From: Myxococcota bacterium
GTDB lineage: Bacteria > Myxococcota_A > UBA9160 > SZUA-336
Reading direction: 5' to 3'
Length of the DNA: 64,000 bases
Assembly (NCBI GenBank): GCA_965247115.1
Contig: CBDFGR010000002.1
Location: 1,088,001 to 1,152,000 of the forward strand
Shown piece by piece: positions 1-9,600 of the stretch (positions within the stretch are counted from its first letter, which is position 1; each line of letters starts with the position of its first letter). A model generated the notes under the pieces. The model worked only from the letters and a program-made list of their open reading frames with translations, was not told the origin of the DNA and did not search any database. Made by a program: the position numbers and the translations under genes.

Positions 1-46
1 TCATCCCAGCGAGGGATTCGCGCCGTTCTACCGTTCGCTGCGTCCG

Positions 47-613
47 TCATGCTCTCACTCCGCCGCTGCGATGTCTTACTGCTGGAAGCGGGGGTAGTAG
101 TTCGCGGGGCCTAGCGCGTTCGCGTCCGTGACCCAGTCTCCGTCGTAAGCCCACTCGGATTCGCGGCCGGGAAGAGGCCCTTGCCAGAACCTTGCCAGCG
201 GATGCCTCGGCTGTCGTCAACACGGCGCCGCCGAACGTGGCGGGTCCCAGCGCCGCCAGCGTGTCGGAGTGCCGCACCAGCGGCATCCCGAGCCGCTCCG
301 CGATGCGATCGGCCGACAGCCGCTTGTACGTGTGGAGCAGGTCGTCCAGGGAGGAGAACGTATAGGCCACGTGGTCGACACCGACCGACTGCTCCTCGGC
401 AGGCTTGAAGTCCGAGTTCTGGATGATGGCGAGCCGGTGGTGCTCGCTGTCGAAGGTCATGAACGCGGCGATCGGATTCTCGAACACGGCCCGCGCGCCG
501 AGCACCTTCTCGTACCAAGCCTTCAGCTTCTGGAGGTCGCGGGTGCGCAGGACGAAATGCGCCATGTACGCCGGCGGGATCGGTCTGTCCAGGCTATCTA
601 GCTCTCTCGACAT
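47..613 (-). pseudogene. VOC/glyoxalase-family gene, apparently truncated and fused to an unrelated C-terminus
   Basis: From ATG 613: MAHFVLRTRD..WYEKVLGA..FMTFDSEHHRLA..GVDHVAYTFSSLDDLLHTYKRL is typical VOC. The expected C-terminal NHGPTTS.YY.DPDGN..ELQ part is missing after about nt 315. Confidence 0.6.
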
Positions 614-902
614 GCGAGTCCTCTCTGGGAGCCGTCGCTGCGCAGTATCCTGTACACGAGCAGGGGCGCGGGTCAAGTCGCGCGCTAGTTTCTCTCCGAT
701 GGCATAAGCCTCCGGAATTCCTGCGGTATTCACGGGCTTTTGATTCCTTGCCAGCGCATGCGGCACGAACCGCCACCGTCGGCAGTCAACGCAACTCCAG
801 CGTACCAGCCGGTTCCTGTAGGGAGGCGGACAAGCGACTGCGGGCCGAGTCTCTCCGCCTGCAGTAGAATCCCAATTCTATGGCAGTGGTGATGTAGCCG
901 AG

Positions 903-1988
903 ATGGCCCTGCTCGGCCTCTACGTCGTGCTGGCCGTCGGCGTGTCGTTTCTGTGCTCCATCATGGAGGCGGTGCTGTTGAGTGTCACCCCCGCCTACAT
1001 CGGAGTGCTGGAGAAGAACGCGCCTGGTTCCGCGCGGCAGCTGCGCGCGCTAAAGGACGACATCGATCGGCCGCTCGCCGCCATTCTCAGTCTCAACACG
1101 GTGGCCCACACCGTCGGGGCGGCGGGCGCAGGCGCGCAGGCCGCGGTCGTCTTTGGAAGCGCGGCTGTGGGCGTGTTTTCTGCGCTCCTGACGCTCGCCA
1201 TCTTGGTGGTGAGCGAGGTCGTCCCAAAGACGATCGGGGCGCTCCATTGGCGCGTGCTCGCGCCCGTCGTGGCGCAGACGCTGGGGCCGATGATCTGGGT
1301 CCTCAGCCCTCTGGTGTGGCTGTGCCAGCTCATCACCGGCTTGGTCTCGCGCTGGAAGGAGGACGAGCCAGCGGTCAGCCGGGAGGAGCTCATCGCGATG
1401 GCGGACATCGGGGAGCTGGAAGGAGTGATCGAGGCCGACGAAACCCGGATCGTCAAGAATCTGATGCGCTTTCGCGCACTGACCGCTAAGGACGTGATGA
1501 CGCCCCGCACGGTGCTCCTGGCGTTCCCGGAGTCTGCGACCGTTGCACGAGTCACCAAGCGAGGCATCCCCTTCTCGCGCATTCCCATTTACGACAAGAA
1601 CCCCGACCAGGTAACCGGCTACGTCCTCAAGGACCAGGTCCTTCAGGCGGTCGCGGAGGATCGCCACGACCAGCCCCTGACCGCCCTGCGCAGAGAGATC
1701 CTCGCGGTACCAGCGCGCTTCCCCCTCCCGCGGCTGTTCGACACGCTCGTCTCCCACCGCGAACACATGGCGCTCGTCGTCGAGCACGGCGGGACCGAGG
1801 GCATTGTCACGATGGAGGACGTGATCGAGACGCTGCTCGGCCTCGAGATCATGGACGAGGTGGACGAGACGCAGAGCATGCGGCAGCTCGCGCGGCGGCG
1901 CTGGGAGGAGCGGGCGGCGCGCCTGGGCCTACTCTCCGAGGAGTTCGTGGTGCCGCCGCCCGGCTCGAACAAACCGGAGCGCGACTGA
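903..1988 (+). CDS. CNNM/DUF21 + CBS-domain membrane protein (hemolysin/CorB-like)
   Basis: SFLCSIMEAVLLS, ILSLNTVAHTVGA, SEVVPKTIG, DVMTPR, FSRIPIY, GIVTMEDVIETLLG motifs. Confidence 0.9.
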   Translation: MALLGLYVVLAVGVSFLCSIMEAVLLSVTPAYIGVLEKNAPGSARQLRALKDDIDRPLAAILSLNTVAHTVGAAGAGAQAAVVFGSAAVGVFSALLTLAILVVSEVVPKTIGALHWRVLAPVVAQTLGPMIWVLSPLVWLCQLITGLVSRWKEDEPAVSREELIAMADIGELEGVIEADETRIVKNLMRFRALTAKDVMTPRTVLLAFPESATVARVTKRGIPFSRIPIYDKNPDQVTGYVLKDQVLQAVAEDRHDQPLTALRREILAVPARFPLPRLFDTLVSHREHMALVVEHGGTEGIVTMEDVIETLLGLEIMDEVDETQSMRQLARRRWEERAARLGLLSEEFVVPPPGSNKPERD

Positions 1989-2012
1989 TCTGATGCGGCT
2001 GAGGAAAGAGGG

Positions 2013-2285
2013 TCAGTCGATGCCAGCTTCGCGGCGAAGGCGCGCCTTTCGTGACGCTGCGAGAGAGTCCCAGTGAACGTCACGAAGTGCGCCCTCCAAC
2101 GAATACAGGTAGTAGCAGACTGAGACGGTCTCTTCCGCGTGCCGTTCGCAGACGCGCCGAAAGACCCTCGCGGGACCGACGCGTTCCAGTTCGTCTCGGG
2201 TGCGTATTCCGACCGCGTGCAGACGACGGGCGATCGTCGGGCCGATGTTCCTCAGTGAGCGGATGGACTCATCGTTCTTCCTCAC
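2013..2285 (-). CDS. TfoX C-terminal domain-like protein
   Basis: LRNIGPTIARRLHAVGIRT..L..VGP, CYYLYSLEGALRDVHW; GTG start at 2285 is inferred. Confidence 0.7.
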   Translation of the reverse strand: MRKNDESIRSLRNIGPTIARRLHAVGIRTRDELERVGPARVFRRVCERHAEETVSVCYYLYSLEGALRDVHWDSLAASRKARLRREAGID

Positions 2286-2354
2286 TCGGACTCCTGCCTG
2301 CAGGGCTTCCCGCGCGGCCGACACACCTTTTCGCACCGGCCCTGCGTCAAAGTA

Positions 2355-3194
2355 TCACCGCGACGAGCTCATCTCGAACTCACCTCGTTCCTTGAGCGGA
2401 AGCGCAACCTCCGTGACGAGCTCTTCTGCCGGTACGTCTGCGGGGTCGTTGGCATAGAACTCCCAGACGGGGCCGAGCGGTTCATGGCCATGCTCCTGCA
2501 CCCAGGCCAACAGGGCGTGGTAGGCGAGGCCCAGAGCTTCGTAGGGTCCCACGTGCGTGAGGCACGCGAAGGGGCCGCCCGGAAGGCGCGCGATCTTGGC
2601 TCTATGCAGCTCGCCGGGTTCCGTCGTGAGCCCAACGCAGGCGTGCACCGCGATTCGATCCTCTCCTTCGCTGAACTCATTGATCGCCAGCACTGGTTCG
2701 CGAACTTCGAGTCCGACGCTCCGCAGTTCATCCAACAGCGCGTATACGAGCTCCGTGGTGTCCGAAACGAGGCGGTCTGAATCCGTCGTTCCACTGATCC
2801 GAGCGACTTGTCGCTCAGGATGTTCCCGGATCGCGACTTCATAAGGCGCCAGCTCACCGACTTGCGCAATACGCCGCAGGGAGAGCAAGGTTCTCTGGCG
2901 CGCGACGACCTCAACTTCGATGCGCGCAGTCTCCGCATCGATCAACTCCTTCAGATCTGCTGGCTCGGCAGCGAGCGCTCTTCGGATCACCGCCAGAGGC
3001 AGATCCAGAGAGCGCAGCATGCCGATCATCAGCGCGTCGCGCGCCTGATCCCTGCTGTAATGGCGATACTTGGACTGCGGATCCACGAAGGCAGGCTTGA
3101 GCAGCCCGAGCTCGTCGTAGTGGCGCAGCGCTTTCACGCTCAGACGACAGCTGCGAGCGAAGCGCCCGATCGGCATTAGATTGCATTGGACCAC
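2355..3194 (-). CDS. MerR-family regulator with GyrI-like effector domain
   Basis: IGRFARSCRLSVKALRHYDELGLLKPA.VDPQSKYRHY HTH; C-terminal HVGPYE..AY..L..W..WEFY..P. Confidence 0.9.
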   Translation of the reverse strand: MVQCNLMPIGRFARSCRLSVKALRHYDELGLLKPAFVDPQSKYRHYSRDQARDALMIGMLRSLDLPLAVIRRALAAEPADLKELIDAETARIEVEVVARQRTLLSLRRIAQVGELAPYEVAIREHPERQVARISGTTDSDRLVSDTTELVYALLDELRSVGLEVREPVLAINEFSEGEDRIAVHACVGLTTEPGELHRAKIARLPGGPFACLTHVGPYEALGLAYHALLAWVQEHGHEPLGPVWEFYANDPADVPAEELVTEVALPLKERGEFEMSSSR

Positions 3195-3204
3195 GAGTAG
3201 AAGC

Positions 3205-3612
3205 CTAGTCGATCTTGTAGCTGTCTGTATGGTCAGCCGCCGCGGGGATCATCTTGACGACGTCGAGCAGCAGCCCCGTCGGATCTCGGGTGATGAAGTG
3301 ACGCTGCCCCCAAGGTTCATCTCGCAGATTCAGCACGATCGGCAACTCAAGGCTGACAGCGCACGCATGGATGTGATCTACATCGTCCGATTCCAGTGTC
3401 ACGATCACTCCGTCTGGTGGATTCTGGTGCCCTTTTGGAACGCTCGGATGGGTTCGCTGCACGAAAGCGATCTCAACCGTTGGATCGCTCGGCGCTTGCA
3501 GCTGGACATACCAGTCGGTCTCGAACACTGGCTTGAGGCCAAGAAGTTGTTGGTAGAACTCACTGATTGCTGTGACGTCGTCGGTGCAGATGACCGGGAA
3601 TAAACTCTTCAT
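3205..3612 (-). CDS. VOC/glyoxalase-bleomycin resistance family protein
   Basis: FYQQLLGL..FETDWYVQL; RDEPWGQRHFITRDPTGLLLDV. Confidence 0.9.
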   Translation of the reverse strand: MKSLFPVICTDDVTAISEFYQQLLGLKPVFETDWYVQLQAPSDPTVEIAFVQRTHPSVPKGHQNPPDGVIVTLESDDVDHIHACAVSLELPIVLNLRDEPWGQRHFITRDPTGLLLDVVKMIPAAADHTDSYKID

Positions 3613-3653
3613 GAGAGACCCCCTTTATGCTCGCCTTCGTGGCGCCAGGACCT

Positions 3654-3684
3654 AGAATCGGGTCTCCCCCAACAGGAGAGTCAA
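3654..3684 (-). promoter_or_regulatory. MerR-type promoter/operator for the VOC-merR unit
   Basis: Minus strand TTGACT (3684-3679), 19-bp spacer, GATTCT (3659-3654), with a TCTCC-N7-GGAGA dyad over the spacer, upstream of the VOC gene and merR. Confidence 0.7.
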
Positions 3685-3906
3685 GGCCCAGCCCGTGAAT
3701 GACTCCACCGAGGGCCCAGCCAGAACGGGAGCAGTCGCCAGGATCGAAGAATCTGTGGCGATCGGGGAAGTCTGTCTTGCGCTCCTACCCTATGGAAGGG
3801 AGTTTAAGAGGGTTTTTCGGGGTGTTGACAATGGCCCTTCCCGTCCTATCGATTGGTCTGAGGGCCGGGGCGCGGCCCTTATCTAGCACAGCCATGCCGA
3901 GCTGGA

Positions 3907-4737
3907 CTATGCCGCGAGCTTGTTCCGCGCGCCGCGCAGGAATTTGATGGTCGACGCGATGGTTTTGTCCGGACACTCCACCAAGTCCGCGTGGCCGATG
4001 TCCTCGTAGACGATCACCTCGCAGCCCGGGACGTTGTCGACCACCCATTGCGCGCCGGCGCCGTCCGGGCCGGTGTGTATCGGGGTTAGCATGTCCTTGG
4101 CCGCGGTGATCACAAGCGTCGGATTCTTGATCTTCTTGCAGTCCTCGCGGAGGTCCATTTTCTCCATTGCGAGGCAGGCCTGTACCACCGTCTCGACCGA
4201 GTTGAGCCCGACCACCGTGCGCACCATCTCGATCAGGCCGGGCCCTTCCGGGCCATCGAGATAGTCGGCACCGACCGCCTGTGTCACGACATGATCGGCG
4301 AACTCCGGCCCGCACCCCCAGGTCTGGGCCATATGGCGCCAGGTGCGGAACATGATCCGCCGCATGGTGTCGCATTTCGCGAAAGCGCAATCGCTGACCA
4401 CGCCGATGCAGCGATCCGGATATTTCGCCGCGAATTTGAGCGCGATCATGCCGCCTGCGGAGGTGCCCATGACATGGGCCCGATCGATGTCGAGCGCATC
4501 GAGGAGTGCCGCCAGATCATCCGCCCAGAGATCGAGGTCATACTGCATGAGCGGGCGATCCGATTGACCGTAGCCCCGCTGATCGTAGCTAATCAGCTTG
4601 AACTCCTTGGCGAGCCCTTCCCAGACCAAGCCGAAATTCTGCCGCCCGAAGAGCGAGCCGCCGATCAGAGCGAGCGGCTCGCCCTCGCCCATGAACTCGT
4701 AATAGATGTTGATCCCGTTGGCCTCGACCTTGGGCAT
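3907..4737 (-). CDS. alpha/beta-fold hydrolase
   Basis: MPKVEANGINIYYE..GEP, YDQRGYGQSD, nucleophile motif GTSAGG, C-terminal GH; RBS AAGGAG before ATG 4737. Confidence 0.88.
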   Translation of the reverse strand: MPKVEANGINIYYEFMGEGEPLALIGGSLFGRQNFGLVWEGLAKEFKLISYDQRGYGQSDRPLMQYDLDLWADDLAALLDALDIDRAHVMGTSAGGMIALKFAAKYPDRCIGVVSDCAFAKCDTMRRIMFRTWRHMAQTWGCGPEFADHVVTQAVGADYLDGPEGPGLIEMVRTVVGLNSVETVVQACLAMEKMDLREDCKKIKNPTLVITAAKDMLTPIHTGPDGAGAQWVVDNVPGCEVIVYEDIGHADLVECPDKTIASTIKFLRGARNKLAA

Positions 4738-4802
4738 GATGCTCTCCTTCGTTTGGCGACACAGGGATAGGCCTCGCCGAGCGGCTCGTACTTGGGGGCT
4801 GT

Positions 4803-6248
4803 CTACTCGACAGGGATCTTGAATCGAGAACGCGAGATGATCCGACCTGAGCCCTTCTCGGCGTCGACTTCTCCTCCCTCGTAGACCACCTCGCCCCGCC
4901 GAATCGTGATCTGCGGCCACCCGGTGACCTCCGTCCCGGCGTAGATCGAGAACCCGGTCTTTGAGAGGACGTCCGAGTCGGCGATGGTTCTTCTCTCGTC
5001 CGGATCCCAAATCACGAGGTCGGCGTCGGAACCGGGCGCGATGGTGCCCTTGCGAGGGTATAGCCCGAAGAGCTTTGCCGCGTTGGTGGAGGACACCTCG
5101 ACGAAGCGTTGCAGCGAGATCTTTCCCCCGTGGACTCCTTCGGAGAAGAGCATGGGCAGCATCACCTGGAGATTGTTCACGCCGGGGCGAAATGAAGTGA
5201 TGGTCTGTTGCGGGTCGAGCTTTTCCTCGCGGGTCCAAGGAGCGTGGTCGGTGGCCAGCGTGGCGATTGCGCCGCTTGCGAGCCCCTCCCACATGGCCTC
5301 CCGATCGTCCGCTCCTCGAATCGGTGGCATTCCGACGAAGAGCGCTCCGTCGGCCCGGCGGTAGTTCGCCTCCGTGAAGTGGAGGTACAGGGGACGCGTC
5401 TCGACGAACACAGGAAACCGCGACTGCACCGCCTCGGCCGCCGCGAGGGCCCGGGCGGCCGACAGGTGGACGATGTAGATCGCCGCCCCCGTGATCTCCG
5501 CCATCGCCAGGGCACGTTCCGTCGCGACGACCTCGGAGATGATGGGGCGGCTCTCCGGGTAGTGTGCGAGCGAGGTCTTGCCGGCGTCCGTCAACTCCTG
5601 CGCCGCGAACTCGAGCGCGGCGGCGTCCTCGCAGTGGATCGCGACGAGGATTCCCGCGTCTCGCGCGCCACGCAGGAGTCGCAGGAAACCGGGCATTTCC
5701 GCGTCGAACGGCTCGAACGGCATGAAGACCTTGATCGACGGCTGGCCGGCGGCGGCGAGCTCCGGTAGCTCCCCGATCACCGCCTCCGTGGGCTCGAAGA
5801 TGGTCGTGTGGACGAAAACGTCGGCCATCGTCAGCTCTTCGATGGGAACGCTCTCCCGAGCCAGTGTCGCGAGCGGGCCCTCCCCAGGAGCTGGAAACGC
5901 CATGTGACCCACCGTGGTGATTCCCCCCGCGAGTGCCGCGCGGGTCCCGCTCTCGAAATCGTCGGCGAAGGCGAACTCCTCCGAGGACGTCAGGTGCACG
6001 TGGGGATCGACCCCTCCGGGCAGGATCAGGAGGCCGCTAGCGTCGAGGACCCGAGCATCCGTCTCAACTCGCTCGAGAGATCCGATCTCATCGATCGTTT
6101 CTCCCCGAATCCGGATGTCCGCCTTACGCTCCCCTTCGGCGGTTACAACGGTTCCACCCTGAATCAGCAGATCCGTTGCGCCCGCTGGTGGCGAGAGGGT
6201 CAAGATCGAGAGTACGGCCGTGGCTCCGGCTGTTCGGATATAGGTCAT
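4803..6248 (-). CDS. Dihydropyrimidinase/D-hydantoinase-like amidohydrolase with putative signal peptide
   Basis: PGGVDPHVH, AALAGGITT, SIKVFM (carbamylated Lys position), IHCED, VHLS, TDHAP, GLYPRKGTIAPGSDADLVIWDP. Confidence 0.85.
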   Translation of the reverse strand: MTYIRTAGATAVLSILTLSPPAGATDLLIQGGTVVTAEGERKADIRIRGETIDEIGSLERVETDARVLDASGLLILPGGVDPHVHLTSSEEFAFADDFESGTRAALAGGITTVGHMAFPAPGEGPLATLARESVPIEELTMADVFVHTTIFEPTEAVIGELPELAAAGQPSIKVFMPFEPFDAEMPGFLRLLRGARDAGILVAIHCEDAAALEFAAQELTDAGKTSLAHYPESRPIISEVVATERALAMAEITGAAIYIVHLSAARALAAAEAVQSRFPVFVETRPLYLHFTEANYRRADGALFVGMPPIRGADDREAMWEGLASGAIATLATDHAPWTREEKLDPQQTITSFRPGVNNLQVMLPMLFSEGVHGGKISLQRFVEVSSTNAAKLFGLYPRKGTIAPGSDADLVIWDPDERRTIADSDVLSKTGFSIYAGTEVTGWPQITIRRGEVVYEGGEVDAEKGSGRIISRSRFKIPVE

Positions 6249-6284
6249 TCTGCATTATCACTTCCGTGAACCCAGGATGCCAGC

Positions 6285-6509
6285 TGTAGGCCGTGAGCCG
6301 AGTTTGGACAGATGGGGTCGATGATCTAAGAGAGGGTTCCGGGCTCGCTGGAGCAAGGAGTTTCTGGAGGCGGGCAAGAAGCGCCTGCTGGGAGATACGC
6401 AGCGAGAGGCGAGCTCGAGTGAGGTCCACGATCTGCGCAAGGAGAACGCCCGGCTCAAGGAGCGGGTGGCCGAGACGGTGCTCGAGAACCGTCCGCTCAA
6501 AAAAAGCGG
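6285..6509 (+). mobile_element. IS3-family fragment, copy 1 (left end plus partial orfA)
   Basis: Starts TGTAGG..; encodes RWSKEFLEAGKKRLLGDTQREASSSEVHDLRKEN..LKKS with an A7G slippery site; near-identical to 12045-12269. Confidence 0.8.
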
Positions 6510-6669
6510 ACCAACGGTCCCAGAAGATCTGACGACGTACATATAATTCCCCAAAAAAGGACTCTCCAACGTCGGGACCAGGATATCCGGGTCGTCGTTC
6601 ACCCTGGTGCTGACGGCGCGCCGCTCGTAGGGACCGGTACAGGGTTCACCCACTGCTCGGGATCAGCTC

Positions 6670-9600
6670 TCAGAAGGTGATCGACATTCGGCCCAGCACC
6701 GCTAGATCGGCCGGACCCGTTCTGTTCTTCCGCCTCATGACTTCCAATTCCAACATCAATGGCAGCGCCAGCTGCGAGCGTAGGGGCAGGCTCCACTGGG
6801 TGCCCATGGCCAGCTCCCGTCCATATCCTGTCCACCTTAACCGACTGTAGGGCGTCAGTGCACCCGGTAAGCCCAGCACCCTTAGGCCGCCGTAGGCCAC
6901 CTCGCTTTCCATCCGGCTCTGGGAACCCATTCCCATTGCTCCCATCCCCGGCGGGCGCGTGACCGTATTAGCGTTGTTCCATAGCGTCGTTCGGCCGCCT
7001 CCATCCTGGCCCCGCGTGGAGGTCACCGACGCCCTAAACCCGCGCTGTTTCTCGCCTGGGTCCCAGCTCGCTTGCACGCCCACTCCCCAGTCCCGGTAGT
7101 CGCTTTTATGCACCACCAGCACCCGGCCGAGTATGGCCACGTCTAGTCCACTGTTCGCATCCAGATACCCCAGACGGAATCCTGTTTCTGCGCCGCTGCC
7201 CCGTTCCGCATCGCCCCCATCGAAACGCCCGCCGGCCTCCACCTTCAGGCTCAGTGACCGCCCCGCTGACAGCTGCTTGGTGTGCACCCACTCCAGCATC
7301 AACCGCGCCCGGTGGGCCTCGCCTCGCACCTTCGCGATGTCTTCGGAGACTTCGGTCCCCAGTTGCGCCGTGAAGGCATCCGCCCGCAGCCCCATCTCAT
7401 TGCTGCCCCGCTTCCATAGCACCGCCCTCACTCCTCCCGAGAACATCCGGAAGTCGGCCTCGAAGTTGTGACTCCTCCCCGGCTCGTTGACGTCCACTCG
7501 CCCTCGTCCCAAGCCTCCCATGCCCCACACGCTCACCCGCTCCGTCGGCTGCCAGTACAGATAGGGATGAAACGTGTTCATGCGACTCCCCAACGTCCCA
7601 TCGATTCCATCGTCGCTGTAATCCATGTTCCCCCAGCTGCGCATGAACGACAGCCCGGCCAACACCTCGTCGTTGGCATAGAGGTCCAGCCCCACATGGG
7701 CGGCCTCGAGACCTCCTCGATAGCTCATCTCGTACCGCGTCAGGTTCCCGTTGAAGCGCTGCAGGTCCCCCTGCCCCCACAACGCCGGTACCCAGCTCCT
7801 GCTCGTCCCCTTCTGCTGTCCTGCCAAGGGCAGCTCGAAGGACACTCCCGCAAGGTTGAGCTCGCGATTCCTCCTCCCCGAGTACTCGCCCGATCCCGAT
7901 CTCAGCGACGAGTTCCTGGTCCCCGAACCCTGGAATCGATCCTGACCGTAACCTGGCTGTCCTCCCAACCCGACAGTCGGGCCGGTCCCACTCGGCCCCA
8001 TGCCGGAGCCGGTCGAGACGCCCGCATCGCCCTGGCCGTGGCCGAACAGGCCCGTCAATCCACCCAGTGAGGCGTTCTGCAGCCACGCTCCCTGCATGCC
8101 ACTTTCCCGATCTCCCGACTCCCCACTCGATCCCATCGTTGCTGTGGCCCCGGCCTCGCCTCCAGCGCTCTGCACCACCGGACCTTCGGCTCTTCTCCTG
8201 CCGGAACCCTCAAGGCTCTCGCTGCCTATCCGCTGGGATTCTCCCGGGCTCGCAGCCGCGGCACCGTTGTCGCTTCCCGGCTGCGCTGCTCCTGCTGCCC
8301 TCAGCCGACTCCACTGCCGATACCGCTCAAAGCGACCCTGAATGACCGTCTGTGCACTCTCCCCCATCGACCGCGCCATCACCGCCAGCGCCGCCTCCAG
8401 CGTTTGCGAGAACTGCTCCGCCGTGCGCTGCTGCCTGAAGTTCACTGTTGTCTGGGAGATCTCTCCTCCACTGACCGCCTCCGGCAACTCTCCAAAGCTC
8501 AACACAATCCCCTCCCCGGGATCGTTCACTTCATCCGCCAACACCTCCACGGAAATCGTCCCCTCGCTCGCGCCTTCCTCAAACACCACCTTCGCCGGCA
8601 CTCCACTGTAGTCCTCGTCAGTGGCTCCTCCTTTCGGCGCCACCACCAGCGGTACTTCCACCCGCCGGTCCGCCGTCGGCGCCACTTTCACCTCGATGTC
8701 GGCCTGCTCGCCTTCCCCGATCTCGTACTCCGCCTTCCTGAAGCTCACCTTCAGCTCCACCAGTCCTTTGTCCTTTAGCACCACTGTCGCCACGGCCGGC
8801 TGCCCCGCCATCACTATCTCCGGCAGTTCCCCAAATCCCAGCTCCACCGTTTCGTCGTCCTCATCCCCGTCATGGTTGGCCTCTATCGTGAACGTCTGCT
8901 CCGTTTCCTCGGCTGGGAACGTCAGCCTGCCGGTGCCCTCTTGGGCATCCCACTCCTCCAAACCATCTAGGGTATAGTCGGCGACTTCCGTCGCCTCCGG
9001 CCGCGTCACCCGGATCGGGATCGCCAGCTCCTCGTCCCAGCCCTGGCTCAGCTTCACCGTCACCGCCACCATCTCCCCACCTTCCCTCGCCGTGTAGCTC
9101 TCCTCCTGATAGCTCACCAGCAGATCCAGCTCCGCCTCGATCACCAGAAGCTCCGCCGCCTGGTTGCCGTTGCCGACCCCGTACTCGACCACATTCGCCC
9201 CAACCTCCACGATCACTTCACCGTTCTTCGAGGGAGTGATCTCTGCCTTATAGGTCGTCCCCGATCCACTGAAGTCGGTCACCGAACCATTCGTCACCGC
9301 GATCTCGCTCCGCTCAAAGCCTGTCACCGGCTCCGAGAAGGTGATTGTCACCTCGAACGCGCCGTCCACCGGAGCTGACACGTCCGTTTGAATCGCGACC
9401 GTCACTACCTTTTCGTTGTCGGCCTCGGTCGCCGTGACCGGATCGACATCAATTGGGTAATAGTCCTCGTCGTTGCTTGCCGTGGAGTGGCTGAAGATCG
9501 CGACGCCATCCACCTCGTCGGCGTCGTCCTCGGCCGCCGAGACCGTCACCGTCTGCTCCGCATTCCAGTTCGAGTTCGTGAAGGTCAACGTAACCGAATC

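Noticed and set aside
6545..6660. Possible remnant of an SRAP (SOS-associated peptidase) C-terminus (PYERRAVSTRVNDDPDILVP, minus strand)
   Set aside because: About 20 aa of resemblance is too short to support without a search
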